From the NCBI GenBank assembly GCA_963816185.1, contig CAWFJJ010000025.1, positions 224,001 through 288,000 on the forward strand: a DNA stretch of 64,000 bases, given 5' to 3'. Positions 59,352 to 64,000 of the stretch are shown piece after piece. Numbering within the stretch: the stretch's first letter is position 1; every line of letters starts with the position of its first letter. The position numbers were made by a program, and so were the translations under genes. Below the pieces are notes generated by a model. The model saw nothing but the letters and a program-made list of their open reading frames with translations, had not been told where the DNA came from and did no database searches. This DNA comes from Thermoanaerobaculia bacterium (GTDB lineage Bacteria; Acidobacteriota; Thermoanaerobaculia; UBA5066).

Positions 59352-61376
59352 TCAGCGCTTCTTCGTTCCGCGTCCGGCCTTGCCCCCGGTCTTCGCCTTG
59401 GCCGGGTGAGGCTGCACCGCTCTGGTGTGCGCACTTCCGGTTCTCGCGGCTGCCGTGTGCGGAGTGCCTGCCGCCCTCGATGTACTCGTGCCTCTCGAGG
59501 CCGCGGCCTGCGTCGTCGTCGCTCGCGCCGTGTTCGTGCGGTTCGTGTAGAGATTTCGGTTCACCGTCACGTTTCGGTTCACCGTAACGTTCCGGTTCAC
59601 GGTCACGTTGCGGGTCATGTTCACGTTTCGCCAGGCCGGCCTGAAGAAGCCGCCGGGCCCGCACCAGCGCGCGCCCCAACCGAAGCCGAAGCCGTAGCGG
59701 AAGCCACCCCACGCCGGCCCCCAGCCGAATCCCCAACCCCATCCTGCCCAGGCGGCGTAGCGGGCGTGGAAGCCCCACGTCCAGGGCCGCGGGTAGTAGT
59801 ACGCACCCCACCACGGCCGGTAGAACCAGCCCGTCCCGAAGACGACCGCGCCGTCATACGGGTACGAGCCGAGGTACGCCGGCGTGTAGGCGACGTAGAC
59901 GACATCCGGTGTGGAGTCGTAGACGGTCGCGAAGCGCGTGTTGTAGACGGGACTCTCGGGCGGGATCCCCTGGATGTCGTCGTCCGGAATGGAGTCCGCG
60001 ACGTTCCACGGCCCCGTAGGCGCGTCTCCCGAGAACCAGACGCCCTGATCGCACACGTAGTACCGGCCTCGGATCTTGAGGACGCTTTCGGGCGTGTTCA
60101 GCGCGTATTCGACGTGCGTCCCTGGCACCGCCTCGAACTTCGGCTCGCCGTCGTACGTCACGTTCACGTGCGCTTCGCTGCGGCGGACCGCCGCCGTACG
60201 CGGAGTCGTCGCGTCCCTCAGAGCCTCACGTGCCGGCGCGGTGCCGGGCACGAAGGCGAGGACGTCCGACTTCGCCGAATCGCTTCGGATCTTGCGGAAG
60301 CTTCCGGGAAGCTGGTCGGGCTCGACGTGCGCCCAGGGCCCTAGGAGCGACTCGCTCCGATACCAGCGCCCGGAGAGCACGAGCCAGATGCGACCGTCCG
60401 AGACGGTCCGGAAGACGTCGCTTTCCGTGTTGCTCATCGCGTCGAGCTCGCCTTCCACTTCCGGCTTCCATGCAGACGGTCCGTTGGAGACGATCAGCTC
60501 CGTCGGCTCCGTCGCGACGAGGATCGTCGGGACCCGCTTGTCCTTCGACTGGGCGGCCTTTTCGACTTCGTCGTCGGCGACGCCCGCGTCTTTCAGGTCC
60601 CGGCGGGCGATTTGGACGGCCTCGCCGGGGACGTGGTCGGATTTCGCCCAGGGACCGGCCGTATCGGACGAGCGGAACCACATCGTCCCTCCGTCGAGGT
60701 AGTACGCGTTCGCCTTCGGGTCGTGGAGGACGAGGAACGGAGTGTTGAGCGCCCGCTCGAGAGAAGTGCCCTCCACCGGACGGAAGCGCGGCGCGCCGTC
60801 GAAGACGACGAGGACCGCCGGCTCCGTCTCGAAGAGGATCTTCGGCGGCTCCGTGCCGAGCTTCGGCGAGGGCTCGTCGCGCCGCGCCGCCAGCTTGGCG
60901 CTTGCCAGGACGTCGTCGAGCGGCAGCGTGAGCTGGCGCCGCGTCACGGCCTGGCTGAGCCGCGTGGCGAGCCGCTGCTGCCGGGCCGGCGGCGCGCCGG
61001 GAATCTGAACCCGCGAGACATTGACAGATGCGAGCGTGACGGTGCGACGGTCGCGGTTGATCCTCACGTCCGCGTCGTACCAGAGCGTGGCGGGGGCCGG
61101 CTCGGTGCTTTCGGCGCGCTGGATCCGGGCCGTGCCGCGGGCCTTCAGCTTCGTTCCCTCGAGGCTCTCGGCCTGCGGGGCGTCGAGCAGGACGGTCATG
61201 TTCCCGAACAGGAACTTCTTCGGCCACTCGGTTCCCTGCGCCGCCTTCCTTTTCGGCGCGGCCGGCTGTGCCTGCCCGCCCGGCTGTGTCTGCGCCGAGG
61301 CCGCCGTCCCCCTCAGCGCGAAGAGGACGACGGCGGCGGCGAGGAGTGATCGTGCGACGCGTTTGGGGTCCTTCAT
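59352..61376 (-). CDS. Secreted hypothetical protein with W/G-rich region and VNRNVT repeats
   Basis: Signal peptide; YTPAYLG, VVFGTGW; 18-bp tandem repeats at 59554-59625. Confidence 0.7.
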   Translation of the reverse strand: MKDPKRVARSLLAAAVVLFALRGTAASAQTQPGGQAQPAAPKRKAAQGTEWPKKFLFGNMTVLLDAPQAESLEGTKLKARGTARIQRAESTEPAPATLWYDADVRINRDRRTVTLASVNVSRVQIPGAPPARQQRLATRLSQAVTRRQLTLPLDDVLASAKLAARRDEPSPKLGTEPPKILFETEPAVLVVFDGAPRFRPVEGTSLERALNTPFLVLHDPKANAYYLDGGTMWFRSSDTAGPWAKSDHVPGEAVQIARRDLKDAGVADDEVEKAAQSKDKRVPTILVATEPTELIVSNGPSAWKPEVEGELDAMSNTESDVFRTVSDGRIWLVLSGRWYRSESLLGPWAHVEPDQLPGSFRKIRSDSAKSDVLAFVPGTAPAREALRDATTPRTAAVRRSEAHVNVTYDGEPKFEAVPGTHVEYALNTPESVLKIRGRYYVCDQGVWFSGDAPTGPWNVADSIPDDDIQGIPPESPVYNTRFATVYDSTPDVVYVAYTPAYLGSYPYDGAVVFGTGWFYRPWWGAYYYPRPWTWGFHARYAAWAGWGWGFGWGPAWGGFRYGFGFGWGARWCGPGGFFRPAWRNVNMTRNVTVNRNVTVNRNVTVNRNLYTNRTNTARATTTQAAASRGTSTSRAAGTPHTAAARTGSAHTRAVQPHPAKAKTGGKAGRGTKKR

Positions 61377-61452
61377 GGGTTTCTCCTGTGCCGGGATAGA
61401 CGACCACTTCGGGCCGCGGTTGACGTCGTGTGACCGAGCGCAATTTTCTCCT

Positions 61453-61938
61453 TTACGCTCCCGCCCCCGCCAGAGCGGCCTTCGGGACGACGGAGATCGC
61501 CCCGTTGTTCTCGAGGATCGCCGAATGGACCTCCTCGGGGCAGGAAACGCCCGCCTGCCGGATGGCCGCGTTGAGCTCGTGGTGGGTGAGCTGCGCGCGC
61601 GCCATCGCCTTTTCGTAGAGCTGGCCGTGGTGGATGAGAACGAGCGGCCGCCCCTCGATCAGAGCCTCGAGCTTCTTGTTCCGGTAGGTCGCGAAGCCCA
61701 TCACCCAGTTCGCGAGAACGAGTGTCGCCGCCGAGAGGAGCCCCCCGACGAGCGAATTGTCGCCCGCGTTCATCGAATTCTGCACGGCGTTCGACAGGAC
61801 CAGAAGGAGCACCAGGTCGAACGGCGCGAGCTGTCCCACCTGGCGCTTGCCCGTCAGGCGCAGAAGCACGATGAGGAAGGCGTACACCACGACGCCTCGG
61901 ACGAGGAACTCCCACCAGGGAATCGACATGTGGAGCAT
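61453..61938 (-). CDS. DUF421 (YetF-like) membrane protein
   Basis: LRLTGKRQVGQLAPFDLV, IEGRPLVLI, AILENNGAISV. Confidence 0.9.
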   Translation of the reverse strand: MLHMSIPWWEFLVRGVVVYAFLIVLLRLTGKRQVGQLAPFDLVLLLVLSNAVQNSMNAGDNSLVGGLLSAATLVLANWVMGFATYRNKKLEALIEGRPLVLIHHGQLYEKAMARAQLTHHELNAAIRQAGVSCPEEVHSAILENNGAISVVPKAALAGAGA

Positions 61939-61962
61939 TGGGACGGCCCTCCTTCGGACCCC

Positions 61963-64000
61963 TCACCAGACTCGAACGCGATCCTTCGGTGCGAGATAGA
62001 GCGCCTGGCCCGGCTTCACGGAGAACGCGTCGTACCAGGCGTCGAGGTTGCGAACGGTGTCGGCGCGGTACTCGGCCGGCGCGTGGCTGTCGATCACGAT
62101 GCGCTGGCGAAGCGCCGCCTCGCGAAACTTCGTCCGCCAGCTCTGGGCGAAGCTCAGGAAGAACTGCTGATCGCCCGTGAGCCCCTGGACGGTCGGGGCC
62201 TCCCTGCCGCCGAGCGAGAGCCGGTAGGCGTCGTAGGCCGCCGCGAGCCCCGCGACGTCGGCGATGTTCTCGCTCACGGTGAGCTTGCCGTTCACCGCGA
62301 GGTCCGGGAAGGGCCGGTAACCGTTGAACTGCCGGACGAGCGCCTCGGCGGACGCATTGAAATGGGCGAAGTCGTCCTTCGTCCACCAGTTTTCGAGCCG
62401 GCCGCTCGCGGCGAAGAGGGCCCCCTGGTCGTCGAAGCTGTGGCTGATCTCGTGGCCGATGACGGCGCCGATCGCACCGTAATCCATGACCGACGGGCGC
62501 GCCGGGTCGAAGTCGGGCGGTTGCAGGATCGCTGCCGGGAAGTTGAGCGCGTTCATCGCCGGCAGATTGACCGCGTTGACGAGCTGCGGGTTCATGACCC
62601 ATTCGCCGCGGTCCACGGGCTTGCCGAGCTTCGCGAGGTTCCGCCGGTACTCGAAGAGGGACGCGCGCTGCGCGTTTCCGAGGGCGTCGCCCTTCACGAC
62701 CTCGAGGCCGGAGTAGTCGCGCCACGTGTCCGGATAGCCGACGCCCACCTTCAGGGCCGCGAGCTTCGCCTTCGCCTTGAGCTTGGTCTCCGGAGACATC
62801 CAGTCGAGGCCGTCGATGCGCCGGGCGAATGCCGCAATCTCGTTCTTCACCATCTCCTCGGCCCGCGCCTTCTCGGAGGGAGGGAAGTACTTCGCGACGT
62901 AGAGCCGGCCGACAGCCTCGCCGAGCGCGGCATCCGTCACGCTGACGGCGCGCTTCCAGCGGTCGCGGAGCTTCGGCGCGCCCGTGAGCGTCGTCCCGTA
63001 GAACGCGAACTGCTCGTCGACGAACGCCTTCGGGAGAAACGTGAGGCCGGGGATGCGCGGCGGCACGCTCGACGCGGCGCCGAAAGCGCCGGAAGTCAGG
63101 TACTCCTTCCACGTCGCGAGCGGCTCGGATCGCGCACGAGAGCCGCGATGCCCGTGACCGCGCTCGGCTGCCAGACGACGAACTCGTGCTGGGTCGCCGA
63201 GCCCCGCGGCCTCGAAGTAAGGCCTCCCAGTCGAGCCCCGGCGCCTGGCCGGGAAGTCCGCGCGCGTCCAGTGGTTGTTGCCCTTCAGGACGTTTTCCGA
63301 ATCCTCGCGCCTCGCGTGCGACGACGCGATCTGTCTTCTCGAGCTCGAAGATCCGCGCCGCCTTCGCGGCGGCATCCGGCGATTCCGGCGAGCGTCAGCA
63401 CGTTCCGCGACGTGCGCCACGATACTTTGTCCGGATCTCCGCCATGCGCGGCGACGCATCGAGGTAGTAGTCGCGGTCGGGCATTCCGAGGCCGCCCTGC
63501 AGCAGGAAGGGCGAGTAGCGGCCGGGGTCGTCGAGGTCCTGCGCGACCCAGAGGCCGAGGACGTTGGGCGTGTAGAAGTTCGTGTTGTTCAGGACGTCGA
63601 CGTCGGCGCGGAGCGTCTCGCCGAGCGCGCGGGCGAGGTCCGCCTTGTCTCGCGATCGCCGCGATCCTGTCGAGCGCGGGCTGGAGCGGCGCGAGCCCCT
63701 TCGCCTCGATCGCGGCCTCGTCCATGAAGGTCGCGTACGTGTCGCCGATTTTCCGCGCGTCCGAGCCGGCGGGCGCTTCCGCCTTCGATGCCTCGGTGAT
63801 GAGGTCGGCCGTCCGTCGGGCCGTCAGCTCGGCGAGCGTGCCGCTGACGCCCCAGGAGCTGCGGTCGGCCGGGATCTCGGTCGTTTTCAGCCAGGTCCCG
63901 TTCGCGTAACGAAAGAAGTCGTCACCCGGCGCGACCGACCGGTCGATCCCGGCGAGATCGATGCCGTTGGAAGCGGGAGCGGCCGCGGCGTGTCCGGCAC
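61963..64000 (-). CDS. M13 (neprilysin-like) metallopeptidase, 5'-truncated, frameshifted at ~63.0-63.7 kb
   Basis: DDFFRYANGTW, VNAVN, FPAAILQ, GHEISHSFDDQG, ENIAD, SHAP. Confidence 0.92.

Overview
High-GC bacterial DNA. The gene content suggests Acidobacteriota, probably Thermoanaerobaculia-like, but this is an inference. Indels are scattered throughout and are very dense at about 18-31.2 kb and 63 kb, which suggests an error-prone long-read assembly. Layout: (1) 1-12.4 kb is core-like: PIN/Phd toxin-antitoxin pair, fused 2-oxoacid dehydrogenase E1, S1 paralog, hybrid kinase, cobalamin riboswitch + TonB receptor, tRNA-Ala(GGC). (2) About 12.45-31.2 kb looks like a decayed island starting at the tRNA: a recombinase C-terminal remnant ending inside the tRNA 3' end, recombination-site-like repeats, prolyl oligopeptidase, Ser/Thr kinase + ECF sigma, an IS3-family element and an IclR-regulated beta-oxidation cluster. 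(3) An aconitase-type dehydratase/dehydrogenase trio follows. (4) 34.3-50.1 kb holds four secreted glycan-active proteins, three sharing a tandem ~480-aa uncharacterised module at either terminus, next to a beta-propeller two-component system. (5) 50.2-59.3 kb is a putative trans-envelope electron-transfer operon: heme-motif porin, cupredoxin, Fe-S flavoprotein, Rieske/split cytochrome b, octaheme with a candidate His/Cys heme, and cytochrome c. A Cys-rich PAS-LuxR regulator and a palindromic operator lie upstream of it. (6) The window ends with DUF421 and an M13 peptidase. Blocks 4 and 5 are the best candidates for undescribed systems. No CRISPR array or rRNA was seen.
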